From assembly GCA_044344255.1 (NCBI GenBank), contig JBIJDH010000006.1, positions 192,001 to 256,000 on the forward strand: a stretch of DNA of 64,000 nt. The letters run 5' to 3'. The translations under genes were made by a program, and so were the position numbers. Below are positions 11,994 to 22,113 of this stretch, piece after piece. Under the pieces are notes generated by a model, which had not been told where the DNA came from, did no database searches, and saw only the letters and a list, made by a program, of their open reading frames with translations. This DNA comes from Myxococcota bacterium (lineage in GTDB: Bacteria > Myxococcota_A > UBA796 > UBA2385). Position 1 is the first letter of the stretch; each line of letters begins with the position of its first letter.

Positions 11994-13106
11994 GTGTCCA
12001 CGCCGAGCTCGGGCCCCATCAAGCGGACCCCTTTCTACTCCTTCCATCAGGCCGCCGGGGCGCGCCTCATCGACTTCGGCGGATGGGAGCTCCCGGTACA
12101 GTACGAGGGGATCCTCGCCGAGCACAAGCGGGTCCGCGAGCAGGTGGGGCTCTTCGACGTCTCGCACATGGGTGAGATCCGGGTCCGCGGGCCGCGGGCG
12201 CTCGAGGCGGTACGCTACCTCGTGTGTAACGATCTGCGAATCAGTCAGGGGCAGGCTCAGTATTCTCCCATGTGTAACGAAGACGGAGGCATCGTTGACG
12301 ACCTCATCGTCTACAAGTATTCCGACGATCACGTCTTCATCTGTGTGAACGCCGCCAACCGCGACAAGGACTTCGCGTGGATGGTCGCCCACAACCCATT
12401 CCCTGACGCCGCGACCTTCACCGACGAAGGGGATCAGTGGGCGCAGGTCGCCCTCCAGGGGCGCTTCGCGGCCGCGACGCTCCAGAAGCTGACGGCGATC
12501 GACCTCTCGCACATCAAGAACTACTGGTTCGCCGACGGCGCGGTCGCTGGGGTCGAGGGCTGCATCGTCGCCCGCACCGGCTACACCGGCGAGGACGGCT
12601 TCGAGATCTTCCTCCCCGTCTCGGGCGCCTCCACGATCTGGCCGGCCCTCCTCGAGGCGGGCGCCGAGCACGGCCTCGCTCCCATCGGCCTCGGCGCGCG
12701 CGACACGCTGCGCCTCGAGGCCAAGATGTGCCTCTACGGCAACGACATCGACGACACCACGACGCCGCTTGAGGCCAACCTCGCCTGGACGGTGAAGCTG
12801 GAGGGCCACGACTTCATCGGCAAGGGGCCCATCCTTGCCCAGCGTCAGGCCGGTGTCCCCCGCCGGCTCGTCTGCCTCGAGGTGGACGGCCGCATTGGGC
12901 GTCACGGCAACAACGTGGTGCACGACGGAGCGGTCGTGGGGGTGGTGACCTCCGGCACCAAGGCTCCGACCGTCAACGCCAACATCGCCATCGCCTATGT
13001 GCCGGCCGCCCTCGCCGCGGTGGGCACCCGCGTGGAGGTCGATGTTCGCGGCAAGCTGGCCGACGCCGTGGTCGTCAAGGGCCCCTTCTACAAGCGCAAT
13101 TACTGA
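11994..13106 (+). CDS. gcvT: glycine cleavage system aminomethyltransferase T
   Basis: [47 protein letters not shown] start with GGAG RBS inferred. Confidence 0.97.
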   Translation: MSTPSSGPIKRTPFYSFHQAAGARLIDFGGWELPVQYEGILAEHKRVREQVGLFDVSHMGEIRVRGPRALEAVRYLVCNDLRISQGQAQYSPMCNEDGGIVDDLIVYKYSDDHVFICVNAANRDKDFAWMVAHNPFPDAATFTDEGDQWAQVALQGRFAAATLQKLTAIDLSHIKNYWFADGAVAGVEGCIVARTGYTGEDGFEIFLPVSGASTIWPALLEAGAEHGLAPIGLGARDTLRLEAKMCLYGNDIDDTTTPLEANLAWTVKLEGHDFIGKGPILAQRQAGVPRRLVCLEVDGRIGRHGNNVVHDGAVVGVVTSGTKAPTVNANIAIAYVPAALAAVGTRVEVDVRGKLADAVVVKGPFYKRNY

Positions 13107-13147
13107 CCTCTCGCCTCTGTTCAGCCACACCCATCGAGGACCGCCCC

Positions 13148-13534
13148 ATGTCCAACCCCGCCGAACTGCTCTACTCGAAGTCGCACGAATGGACCCGCAT
13201 CGAGGGGGACACCGCCACCTGCGGCATCACCCACCACGCCCAGGCGGCCCTCGGCGACGTGGTCCACGTCGAGCTCCCGAGCGTCGGCGACGACGCCAGC
13301 AAGGGCAGCAGCGTGGGTGAGATCGAGTCCGTGAAGGCGGTGAGCGACATCTACGCCCCGGTCTCCGGAGAGGTTGTCGGCGTCAACGAGGCGCTCGATG
13401 ACAGCCCGGAGGACGTCAACGCCGACCCCTACGGCAAGGGCTGGCTCTTCAAGATCCAGCTCTCGGACAAGTCAGAGCTAAACGGCCTGATGAGCGCCGC
13501 CGACTACGAAGACCTCCTCGCTGCCGAGGGCTGA
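13148..13534 (+). CDS. gcvH: glycine cleavage system H protein
   Basis: [28 protein letters not shown] (lipoyl Lys), [10 protein letters not shown]. Confidence 0.97.
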   Translation: MSNPAELLYSKSHEWTRIEGDTATCGITHHAQAALGDVVHVELPSVGDDASKGSSVGEIESVKAVSDIYAPVSGEVVGVNEALDDSPEDVNADPYGKGWLFKIQLSDKSELNGLMSAADYEDLLAAEG

Positions 13535-13537
13535 GCC

Positions 13538-14128
13538 TCAGCGTCGGAAGACGAGGCTCAGGTTGTTCGCCGGCATGGCGACCCGGGCCTCGACCTGCAG
13601 CCCCGCGGCCTGCGCAGCCTCCTCGACGGCCTCGCGGTCGCGGACGCCGTACTCGGCGCTCAGCGTGTGGAGCCAATGCTCAAAGGTGGCGTTGGAGGGG
13701 GCGGTGTGGCGCCCCTCCTCCTTGAAGGGACCGTACACGTACAGCACGCCGCCGGGGGCGAGGCGGCGGGCGGCGCCGCGCATCAGGCCGAGGGTCGTCG
13801 ACCACGGTGAGATGTGCAGCAGGTTGATCGCGAGGATGGCGTCTGCGCGCTCGATCGGCCAGGCGCCGTGCGCGGCGTCGAGGTTGAGCGGCTCCAGGAG
13901 GTTGCCGAGCCCAGCCTCGTCGGACCAGGCTTGGATGCTGGTCCGCGCCTGGGGATCGAGATCCGAGGGCTGCCACAGCAGGCCGGGGAAGTTTCGCGCG
14001 AAGGCCACCGCGTGCTGACCGCTGCCAGAGGCCACCTCGAGCACGAGCCCGGTGGGCGGCAGGATGGCCTCGAGCACGTGGCGGATCGCCTCTCGGTTTC
14101 TCTCCGTAGCGGGGGCGTGCTGTTTCAT
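13538..14128 (-). CDS. DUF938 family SAM-dependent methyltransferase
   Basis: APATERNREAI, VLEVASGSGQHA, WQPSD, INLLHISPW, YGPF, MPANN. Confidence 0.9.
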   Translation of the reverse strand: MKQHAPATERNREAIRHVLEAILPPTGLVLEVASGSGQHAVAFARNFPGLLWQPSDLDPQARTSIQAWSDEAGLGNLLEPLNLDAAHGAWPIERADAILAINLLHISPWSTTLGLMRGAARRLAPGGVLYVYGPFKEEGRHTAPSNATFEHWLHTLSAEYGVRDREAVEEAAQAAGLQVEARVAMPANNLSLVFRR

Positions 14129-14267
14129 CGGGGCGGTCCTTTCGGCATGGGGGGCGAGCGGGGCGGGCGGGGCGCTCGGCCCGTCTGTAGCCCGGGGCTG
14201 GGGAGCGTGGGCGTCGGCTGGACTGCGCTGCGGCGCCTTGCTAAGACGGCGGCCCCGGAGAGCGATC

Positions 14268-15557
14268 ATGTCCAGTCGAGTCTTTGTCGCAGATCTACCG
14301 CAGCACTTTGGCCAAGAGGTCACCCTCTGTGGCTGGATTCGGCGTTACCGCGAGACGAAGTCCACCACGTTCATCGTGGTCCAGGACACCTCTGGGCTCG
14401 TACAGGTCGTGGCGGGGCCCCAGCAGGTGGCCGGCCTCGGCTTGAAGACCGAGGACTGCATCCGCCTCCAGGGCAAGGTGCGAGAAGAGCCTCGCTCCCG
14501 TACGGGCTTCGAGGTCGACTTCATCTCCGTGGAGGTGCTGAACCCCTCTGCGGCAGACCTGCCTTTTGCCTCTGGGACTGACCTCTCGAAGGTCGGCCAG
14601 GAGACGGTCCTCGACTACCGTCCCCTCTCGCTCCGCACGGATCGCGGCGGCGCGACCTTCAAGGTGCAGGCGGCCCTCATCGAGGGCTTCCGCGCGGCGC
14701 TGCGTCGCCGTCGGTTCACCGAGATCTTCTCCTCGAAGATCGTCGCTACCGGCACCGAGGGCGGCACCAACCTCTTTGAGATCAAGTACTTCGAGCGCAC
14801 CGCCTACCTCGCGCAGAGCCCGCAGTTCTACAAGGAGCACGGCGTCGCCGGCCTCGAGCGGGTCTTCGAGACGGGGCATGTGTACCGTGCCGAGCCCCAC
14901 GCCACGAGCCGCCACCTCACCGAGTACTACTCGCTCGACTTCGAGATGGGCTTCATCGACGGCCCGCATGACATCATGCAGGTGGAGCGCGAGATCCTGA
15001 GCGAGATGTTCGAGGATGTTCGTCGTAACTTCGAGGCTGAGCTCAAGCTCTTCGACGCCTACCTCCCCTCGATGATGAACGTCCCCGCCTGGACCTTCGA
15101 GGAGTGTATCGATCGCCTCAAGACCGTTCACGGGCGGACAGACCTCGTGGACGACCTCGACCCCGAAGGCGAGCGCCAGCTCTGCAAGATGGCCGAGGCC
15201 GAGACCGGCGTGAGCGCGGTCTTCGTGTTCGGCTTCCCGATGACCCAGCGGCCCTTCTACACCCACCCGCTGGCCGGCGGCACCCACGCCGCAGGCTTCG
15301 ACCTCCTCTTCCGCGGCCTCGAGATCACGACCGGCGGCCAGCGCCTGCACCGCCGGGCCGACCTCGAAGACTCGCTGCGCCGCCGCGGCATCGACCCCGT
15401 GAACTTCGAGGGCCACCTCCGCATGTTCGACCTCGGCATGCCCCCACACGGCGGCCTCGCCATCGGCGCCGAGCGCCTGACCGGTCAGGTGCTCGGTCTG
15501 CAGAACGTCCGCGAGGCGACCCTCTACCCGCGCGACCGCGTCCGCGTCACGCCCTGA
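14268..15557 (+). CDS. aspS: aspartate--tRNA(Asp/Asn) ligase, short archaeal/non-discriminating type
   Basis: About 430 aa with no GAD insertion; TEGGTNLF, YLAQSPQFYK, YRAEPHATSRHLTE, GMPPHGGLAIGAERL. Confidence 0.9.
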   Translation: MSSRVFVADLPQHFGQEVTLCGWIRRYRETKSTTFIVVQDTSGLVQVVAGPQQVAGLGLKTEDCIRLQGKVREEPRSRTGFEVDFISVEVLNPSAADLPFASGTDLSKVGQETVLDYRPLSLRTDRGGATFKVQAALIEGFRAALRRRRFTEIFSSKIVATGTEGGTNLFEIKYFERTAYLAQSPQFYKEHGVAGLERVFETGHVYRAEPHATSRHLTEYYSLDFEMGFIDGPHDIMQVEREILSEMFEDVRRNFEAELKLFDAYLPSMMNVPAWTFEECIDRLKTVHGRTDLVDDLDPEGERQLCKMAEAETGVSAVFVFGFPMTQRPFYTHPLAGGTHAAGFDLLFRGLEITTGGQRLHRRADLEDSLRRRGIDPVNFEGHLRMFDLGMPPHGGLAIGAERLTGQVLGLQNVREATLYPRDRVRVTP

Positions 15558-15578
15558 GCGCAGGCGGGCGCGGCGGGG

Positions 15579-16322
15579 TCAGCCCTCGGTGGGGCTCGGC
15601 TCCGCGCTTCCGCCTCCGTCGCCCGGCTCCACGGTGATGGGCTCATCACCCCCCGGCATGGGCTCCTCGTAGACGGGGGGCCCATCGTCGGTCTGGAGTG
15701 CGCCGTCGAGGGCGAAGGTGAAGGTGCAGACGAGGTCGGGCTCCTCGATGACCAGCTCGAGGTCACCCACGAGGTGGTCGGCCGCGACGACGTCGGCCTC
15801 GAAGCCCACCCACATCAGCGACTCAGCAGACGGCGCGGGCTCCTCCGGGCGCTCGTCGCGGGGCTCTTCGCAGCCGTCGGAGCCGTCGGAGCCGTCGGAG
15901 CCGTCGGAGCTGTCGGCTCCCGCGCAGTCCTCGGAGCCCTCGGAGCCCTCGGAGTCCTCGGTGCCAACGGGCTCCGGCTGGGGCTCCGGAGTGGGAGCGC
16001 CGTCAATCCGCATCGAGCCCGCGGCCCAGAGCGCCGATCCCTCCCGGGCGCCGCTCATGTGAAGGCCGTCGACGTTGACGTCGAGGCCGCGGTCACCGAC
16101 GAAGCGCAGGGTCGCGCCCAGCTCGGGGGCCTCCCCTCCCACCTCGAGGCCCATCCGCTCCGCGCAGGCGCGGCTGCTGGCGGCGTCGGAGAGGGTGAAG
16201 AGCCAACGCCCCTCTTCGAGCGAGGCGGGAGGAGCCGGCTCGCCGACCAGGGGCACGGTGATGGGCGGACAGGCGGCAAGGAGGGGCAAGAGGGCGAGGA
16301 AAGCGACGTTCATGCTTCGCAT
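15579..16322 (-). CDS. hypothetical acidic lipoprotein
   Basis: Lipobox LLAAC, SDG/SEG repeats, GGAG RBS before ATG 16322. Confidence 0.7.
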   Translation of the reverse strand: MRSMNVAFLALLPLLAACPPITVPLVGEPAPPASLEEGRWLFTLSDAASSRACAERMGLEVGGEAPELGATLRFVGDRGLDVNVDGLHMSGAREGSALWAAGSMRIDGAPTPEPQPEPVGTEDSEGSEGSEDCAGADSSDGSDGSDGSDGCEEPRDERPEEPAPSAESLMWVGFEADVVAADHLVGDLELVIEEPDLVCTFTFALDGALQTDDGPPVYEEPMPGGDEPITVEPGDGGGSAEPSPTEG

Positions 16323-16353
16323 TTGAGTCTCCGGGGGTTGCGGAGATACCCTA

Positions 16354-16369
16354 TGCATGCGCCGTGCCA
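16354..16369 (-). promoter_or_regulatory. sigma-54 promoter for the lipoprotein at 15579..16322
   Basis: Minus strand TGGCACGGCGCATGCA with GG-N10-GC spacing and an AT-rich tract just upstream. Confidence 0.65.
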
Positions 16370-16474
16370 CTCCTGTAAGTTACTGGAATTACGGGATCGG
16401 TGCCCTCCGCGGCAGGTCGGCGAGGAGGAGACCGCGACACGCCCGCCAGGGCCCCACGAGGCCGCAGGCGCGGC

Positions 16475-17449
16475 TCAGGGGCGGAGCAGCGGGTGGCGTC
16501 GCGCGCGGAGCTGGTCGAGCCAGCCGGGGGGCGCCGCCGCGTCCATCGGCGGCGGAGGCTGGCCGGCGAGGACGGCCGCCGTGGCGGCGATGCCCTCGCG
16601 CAGGTTCTCGAGCGAGTAGCCGCCCTCGAGCACGGCGAGGGTGGGCATGCGGGAGACGATGACCCCCCACATCGCGGCGAGGCCGCGGGGGCTGAGGCGC
16701 ATGTCGCCGAGGGGGTCACCGGCGAGGGCGTCGTAGCCGGCGGAGAGGACGCAGCAGTCGGGCCGGAAGCGGTCGAGGGCGGGGAGCAGGAGCTCTCGGA
16801 CCGCGGCCTGGGCGTGGCCGTCCCCGGCGCCGGGCGGCATCGGCAGGTTCAAGGTCGCGCCGAGGCCGGCGCCCCTGCCCGTCGCCGTGGCGGCGCCGGT
16901 GCCGGGGTAGTAGGGCCAGCGGTGGCAGGAGACATAGAGCACATCGGGCTCTTCGTAGAAGATCTCCTCCGTGCCGTTGCCGTGGTGGACGTCGGGATCA
17001 AAGACCAGCACCCGCCTCCCGGCCCGTCGGAGGCGCTCGGCGGCGAGGGCGGCGTTGTTGAAGAGGCAGAAGCCCATCGCCCGCGAGCGGGTGGCGTGGT
17101 GCCCGGGCGGCCGGCAAAGGACGAAGGAGGGCTCGCCGGCGAGCAGGAGGTCGGCGGCGTCAAGGGCGGCCCCGGCGGCGCAGCGGGCCGCGGTGACCGA
17201 GCCCATCGACGTCACGGTGTCGGGGTCGAAGAGCCGGGTCTCGCCGTCGGCGCGGAGCACGTCCTCCACGTGGGCCGGGTCGTGCACGAGGCAGAGCTCC
17301 TCCGGAGCGGCGAGGCGGACCGGTCGCGCGCGGAGGGTCAAGCCGACCAGCCCCGCTCGCGCGCCCCGGAGGCGGCCGGGGTGCTCGGGGTGTTCCGGCC
17401 CAGGGTCATGTTCATCGAAGCGCGGGTCGTCAAAGATGGAGAGGATCAT
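16475..17449 (-). CDS. histone deacetylase family protein
   Basis: HPEHPGRL, RPPGHHA, MGFCLFNN, DPDVHHGNGT, YPGTG, SAGYDA, LEGGY. Confidence 0.95.
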   Translation of the reverse strand: MILSIFDDPRFDEHDPGPEHPEHPGRLRGARAGLVGLTLRARPVRLAAPEELCLVHDPAHVEDVLRADGETRLFDPDTVTSMGSVTAARCAAGAALDAADLLLAGEPSFVLCRPPGHHATRSRAMGFCLFNNAALAAERLRRAGRRVLVFDPDVHHGNGTEEIFYEEPDVLYVSCHRWPYYPGTGAATATGRGAGLGATLNLPMPPGAGDGHAQAAVRELLLPALDRFRPDCCVLSAGYDALAGDPLGDMRLSPRGLAAMWGVIVSRMPTLAVLEGGYSLENLREGIAATAAVLAGQPPPPMDAAAPPGWLDQLRARRHPLLRP

Positions 17450-17559
17450 CGGTGAACTTCACCAGCCGGGATGTTGCATGGGAGCTCGGGTGTATGTACA
17501 TTCGTCAAGAAATCATCAAGTCGTTTCGATCAGGACCTCGCAAACCAGGACCTCCCACC

Positions 17560-17973
17560 ATGGACGCTCGCCCCGCTGAACCCCGCGCCGCCTCTCCGCT
17601 AGACCTCGGTGCGCTCCGCAGCCTGCTCTCGCGGGTCGATCACAGCGAGGCGCACAGCTTCAGCCGGGTCTTCGACATCTTCCAGGCCCTCACCGCGAGC
17701 CCCGACTTTCGGCTGGCGGGGGCGCCCGTCGAGCTCCCGCACCTCCAGCGGCTGCTCGATGAGCTGGCGGCGCGGGTCACGGGCCTGCCCACCGCCTCCG
17801 CCCAGGGCCTGCGCGCCGTGCGGCTCCAGGCCACCCACTTCGTCCATGGGTCTTGCACCATCAGCGGGCGAAGCGCCAGCTTCTTGTATTTCGAAGAGGA
17901 TGAGCGCGGGCTCGTCGCCCTGGATGACGGGGACGGGATGCTCAAGCTCTCGCGGCTCGGCCAGCGGCGCTGA
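17560..17973 (+). CDS. hypothetical protein
   Basis: High-GC3 ORF from ATG 17560; no motif recognised. Confidence 0.6.
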   Translation: MDARPAEPRAASPLDLGALRSLLSRVDHSEAHSFSRVFDIFQALTASPDFRLAGAPVELPHLQRLLDELAARVTGLPTASAQGLRAVRLQATHFVHGSCTISGRSASFLYFEEDERGLVALDDGDGMLKLSRLGQRR

Positions 17974-17980
17974 CCGCGGT

Positions 17981-18418
17981 TCACGGCGCGGTGGTCGTAG
18001 CGGGCAGGGCCTCCCAGGCCGCTCGCAGCGCCTCCACACGGTCCCGGTTGACACCGAGGTCGCCGTAGCCCACCCGCGAGGCGGAGCGCAGGTGGATGAG
18101 CCCCGCGGCGGGATCGGCGATGAGCTGCAGGTCGTCCACGAAGTGGAAGGTGGCCGACGTGTAGGTGAAGTGCAGGGAGGTGGCGGTCTCCCCGATGAGC
18201 TCGGTGCCCGGCTGGGCGAGCACGAGGGCGCGGAGGGCCTGGACGCTCTCGGCCGGGCTGCCCCGCAGGGGCAACGGCGCCACGTGGTGCTGGGTGTCGG
18301 TCTCTGGCGCGAGGCTCGACACACAGTTGGGGCTCTCGGGGCAGGCCGACACGCCGCCGTGCGGAGAGGGCGCGACGTCGCCGAAGCGGGAGCAGGCGAC
18401 GAGGAGGAGCAGCAGCAT
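17981..18418 (-). CDS. DUF1499 family lipoprotein
   Basis: CPESPNCVSS, FHFVDDL, IHLRSASRVGYGDLGVNRDRVE; lipobox LVAC. Confidence 0.9.
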   Translation of the reverse strand: MLLLLLVACSRFGDVAPSPHGGVSACPESPNCVSSLAPETDTQHHVAPLPLRGSPAESVQALRALVLAQPGTELIGETATSLHFTYTSATFHFVDDLQLIADPAAGLIHLRSASRVGYGDLGVNRDRVEALRAAWEALPATTTAP

Positions 18419-18528
18419 CGGGTCGCCCTATCCCTCGCGCGCCCGCGTCGCGAGGAGCGCGCCCCCGCGCTACGCTCGACCGAGCCCGCCGCGCTCCAGG
18501 GGTCTCCCGATGGAGGGGGGTTCACGTG

Positions 18529-21500
18529 ATGGAGAGGGTTCACGCGATGGAGCTGGCGCTCGCCCTCGAAGACCTCGCCGCCGCCTCGAGCCCCTTCCTG
18601 ATCGGGGTGAGGCACCACTCTGTCGCCCTCGCGGCGGCCGTGCCCGCGCTCCTCGAAGACGCAGCGCCTGACCGCATCTTCGTCGAGCTGCCCGCCGACT
18701 TCCAGCCTTGGCTGCCCTGGCTCGGCCACGCCGAGACCGAGGCCCCCGTCGCCCTCGCCGCGAGCCGACCGGGCCGCGAGGGCGCCTTCTACCCCTTCGC
18801 CGACTTCTCGCCGGAGCTCGCCGCCGTTCGCTGGGCGGTGGCGCGGGGGGTGCCGGTGGAGGCCTTCGACCTCCCGATGGGGGTGGACTGTCCCCGCGGC
18901 CCGGCCGAGGAGGGTGGCGAAGATGAGGGGCTGATCGAGCGCTTGCAGGCCGACCAGGGCGCCCCCGACGGCTTCAGCCTCTGGGACCGCCTCGTCGAGG
19001 CCGCGGCGGTCGGCGGCGCGCCGGAGGCCACCCGCCGGGCCGCCCTGCTCTACGGCGCGGCGCTCCGCTGGGACGCCGGCCCGCGCACCCCGCGCCGGGA
19101 CCGCCTGCGCGAGGCGTACATGCGCGCGCGCCTCCGCGACGCCGGGGCGGCCCGACCTGCGGTGGTGGTGGGCGCCTTCCACGCCCCTGCCTTGCTCGAG
19201 GGCCCTGCGCTGCTCGAGGCGCGGGCGGCTGGCCTCGATCCCGTGCCGCGGGTGGTGGACATCCCCCCCGCCGGGGCCGCGCCGGTCACCTCGCTCATCA
19301 GCTACCGCTTTGATCTCTTCGACGCTCGCTCGGGGTATCCGGCCGGGGTGCTCGACCCCGGCTGGCAGCAGAGAGTCTGGGAGGCGGCCTCGACGGGGGG
19401 AGCGATGGGGCCGGTGGTCGCCGCGGCGCTGGTCGGGGTCTGCCGAGCGCTCCGCGCCCTCCGTCACGTCGCCGGCCCCGCCGACGCCGCCGAGGCCTAC
19501 CGCCTCGCCTACGGCCTCGCCGCCCTCCGCGCGCTGCCGGCCCCCGGGCGCCGGGAGCTGCTCGAGGCCCTGGAGGCCACCCTCGGCCAGGGGGAGCTCC
19601 TCGGCCGCGGCCGCGCCCTCGCCCGCGCCCTCGAGCGCACGCTGGTGGGCAGTCGTCGGGGCCGCCTCGCCCGCCAGACCCCGGTCTGCGGCCTCCTGCC
19701 GAGCGTCGAGGCGCTGCTGCGGGGGCTGCGCCTCCCCGGCCCCGACGACGAGGTCGAGAAGCTGCTCCGCCTCGATCCCCTCCGCTCCGACCTCGATCGG
19801 CGGCGGCACGTCACCCTGCAGCGGCTCTGCGCCCTCGAGGTGCCGTACGCGATCCTCGCCGATCAGGGGGACTTCGAGGAGCGGCTCACCCACGCCTGGC
19901 GGGTGAAGTGGGAGCCGGCCACCGAGGCCAGCATCGCCCTCGCCGGCCTCTTCGGGGCCGATCTCGAGGCCGCGGTGAGCGGGCAGCTCGAGCGCGGCCG
20001 GCCGGGCGTCGAGGCGGCGGGGAGCGGACCGGCGGGGGCCGACGAGGAGGCCCCCACCGCGCAGGCCGAGCTCGCCTGGGTGGAGCGTGCGGCCGAGTGC
20101 GGCCTCCCGGCGCTCACCACCCGGGGCCTCGACCGCCTCTCCGGGGAGTTCTCGCTGCGGGCGAAGCTCGGCGAGCTCGTCTCTGCCGTCACCTTCGTCG
20201 ATCGGCTCGCGCGCGGCCACATCGCGGGCCTCCTGCGAGAGGGCTCGGCGGCGGGGGTCGCGGGCGCCCTCCCGGCCTTCGAGCTCCCCGCTGAGGCCCT
20301 CCTGGCGCTCGAGGGGGAGCTCCTCGCGGTCGGCGTGCGGGCGCTCGACGGGCTGCATGGCTCCTCCGATCCGGCCGACGCCCGCGCGCTCACCGGCCTC
20401 GTGCGCCTCGCTCGCCGGGAGGGGCGCGCCGAGGACGGTCGCCTCGGGCAGGCCGTGGAGGCCCTCGCCGGGGGCGGCGCGCCCCTGATCTCGGGCGCCG
20501 CGGAGGTGGCCCTGCTCCGCCTCGGCCGCCGCAGCGCCGCCTCGCTCGGCCTCGCGCTCGGCGCCGAGATCGAGGCCGCCGCGACCGAGGCCGCCCGTCG
20601 CGCGCTGAGCGGCCGCCTCGCCGGGGTGATGCTCGCCGCCGGGCCGCTGGTCGAGGCCGAGCCCGCCCTCCAGGACGGCCTCTGCGCGCCGATCGAGGGC
20701 CTGTGCGACGCCGACTTCCTCGATCGCCTCGCCGCCCTCCGCGGCGGCTTCCATGGGCTCAGCCCCGCCAGCCGGGAGCGACTGCTGCGCAGCCTCGCCG
20801 AGCGTGTCGGGGAGGCGCCCGGCGCCGACCCGCTCCGGCCCGACGCGCTCCGGCCCGACCCCCTCGGGGCCGACAACCTCCGCCCCGAGGCGCTGGCCTC
20901 CTACGCGGTCGCTGACGCCGCGGGCCGCGAGCGCCTCGGCGCCCTCGGGCTCCTCCCGGACCGTATCCCCGACCTCGGCTCGCCCTCCCTCGCCCTCCGG
21001 CCTCGCTCCCCCCACGCGCTCGGCCCGCTCACCCGCTGGCGCCTCGTGCTGGGCCAACGGCTGCCGCCCGACGCCGGGGAGGCGGCTCGATACGCCCACG
21101 CCCTCGATGAGCTGTACGGCGGCGGCGCCGGAGAGGGGAGCCGCGCGGAGCTCGGGGGCGGCGGCGGCCTCGAGCGGGCCTACCCCACCGCCCGCGAGTG
21201 GGCCGACGAGGTGGGGGCGCTCTTCGGGGCCGAGCTGCGCGAGGAGGTGATCGGCCGGGCGGCGGAGGCGGGCGACGTCCACGCCCTCCTGCTCGCCGAT
21301 CCCGACACCGTGAGCCCCTCGGTCGAGCTGCTCGAGCGCGCCCTCTCGCTCCAAGGGGGGCTCTCCGAGGGCCAGCTCGAGCACCTCCGCGCGCTGTGCC
21401 GCCGGGTCACCGAGGCCCTCGTGCAGGCGCTATCCCTCCGCGTCCGCCCCGCGCTCGGCGGTCTCTGTTCGCCGCGCCCCACGCGACGGCGCACCGACCG

Positions 21501-22113
21501 GCTGCACCTCCGCCGCACCGTCGAGGCCAACCTCCGCACCGCCGAGCAGGGCCCCGAGGGTTGGCGGATCGTGCCGGAGCGGCTCCACTTTCGTGCGCGC
21601 TCTCGTCGGGAGATGGACTGGCACATCGTGCTGGTGGTCGACACGTCGGGCTCGATGGAGGCCTCGGTCATCTACGCGGCGATGATGGCCGCCATCCTCG
21701 CGGCGCTCCCCGCTGTGCACGTCTCGTTCTACGCCTTCTCGGACACGGTCATCGACTTCACCGAGCGGGTGGCCGACCCCCTCGCCCTGCTCCTCGAGGT
21801 GAAGGTGGGCGGCGGGACCCGCATCCACCGCGCCCTTCGATACGCGCGTGAACAGATGCGCGTACCCTCCCGGAGCCTGCTGTTGCTGATCACGGACTTC
21901 GAGGAGGGGGGATCGGTGGCCGCGCTGCAGGCGGAGGTGCGGGCCCTGGCCGAGTCGGGCGTGAAGCTGCTCGGCCTCGCCGCCCTCGGGGACGACGCGA
22001 AGCCCCGCTACTGCGAGCCCATCGCGCGGCGGGTCGTGGCGGCGGGGATGCCGGTGGCGGCGCTCAGCCCGCTCGAGCTCGCCCGCTGGGTGGGGGAGCA
22101 GCTCCGTGGGTAG
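18529..22113 (+). CDS. DUF5682 (YehM-like) domain fused to a C-terminal VWA (YehP-like) domain
   Basis: IGVRHHS, FYPFADFSPELAA, REAYM, VVVGAFHAPAL, SGYPAG; MIDAS motif VVDTSGSM, GGGT, LITDFEEG. Confidence 0.82.
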   Translation: MERVHAMELALALEDLAAASSPFLIGVRHHSVALAAAVPALLEDAAPDRIFVELPADFQPWLPWLGHAETEAPVALAASRPGREGAFYPFADFSPELAAVRWAVARGVPVEAFDLPMGVDCPRGPAEEGGEDEGLIERLQADQGAPDGFSLWDRLVEAAAVGGAPEATRRAALLYGAALRWDAGPRTPRRDRLREAYMRARLRDAGAARPAVVVGAFHAPALLEGPALLEARAAGLDPVPRVVDIPPAGAAPVTSLISYRFDLFDARSGYPAGVLDPGWQQRVWEAASTGGAMGPVVAAALVGVCRALRALRHVAGPADAAEAYRLAYGLAALRALPAPGRRELLEALEATLGQGELLGRGRALARALERTLVGSRRGRLARQTPVCGLLPSVEALLRGLRLPGPDDEVEKLLRLDPLRSDLDRRRHVTLQRLCALEVPYAILADQGDFEERLTHAWRVKWEPATEASIALAGLFGADLEAAVSGQLERGRPGVEAAGSGPAGADEEAPTAQAELAWVERAAECGLPALTTRGLDRLSGEFSLRAKLGELVSAVTFVDRLARGHIAGLLREGSAAGVAGALPAFELPAEALLALEGELLAVGVRALDGLHGSSDPADARALTGLVRLARREGRAEDGRLGQAVEALAGGGAPLISGAAEVALLRLGRRSAASLGLALGAEIEAAATEAARRALSGRLAGVMLAAGPLVEAEPALQDGLCAPIEGLCDADFLDRLAALRGGFHGLSPASRERLLRSLAERVGEAPGADPLRPDALRPDPLGADNLRPEALASYAVADAAGRERLGALGLLPDRIPDLGSPSLALRPRSPHALGPLTRWRLVLGQRLPPDAGEAARYAHALDELYGGGAGEGSRAELGGGGGLERAYPTAREWADEVGALFGAELREEVIGRAAEAGDVHALLLADPDTVSPSVELLERALSLQGGLSEGQLEHLRALCRRVTEALVQALSLRVRPALGGLCSPRPTRRRTDRLHLRRTVEANLRTAEQGPEGWRIVPERLHFRARSRREMDWHIVLVVDTSGSMEASVIYAAMMAAILAALPAVHVSFYAFSDTVIDFTERVADPLALLLEVKVGGGTRIHRALRYAREQMRVPSRSLLLLITDFEEGGSVAALQAEVRALAESGVKLLGLAALGDDAKPRYCEPIARRVVAAGMPVAALSPLELARWVGEQLRG

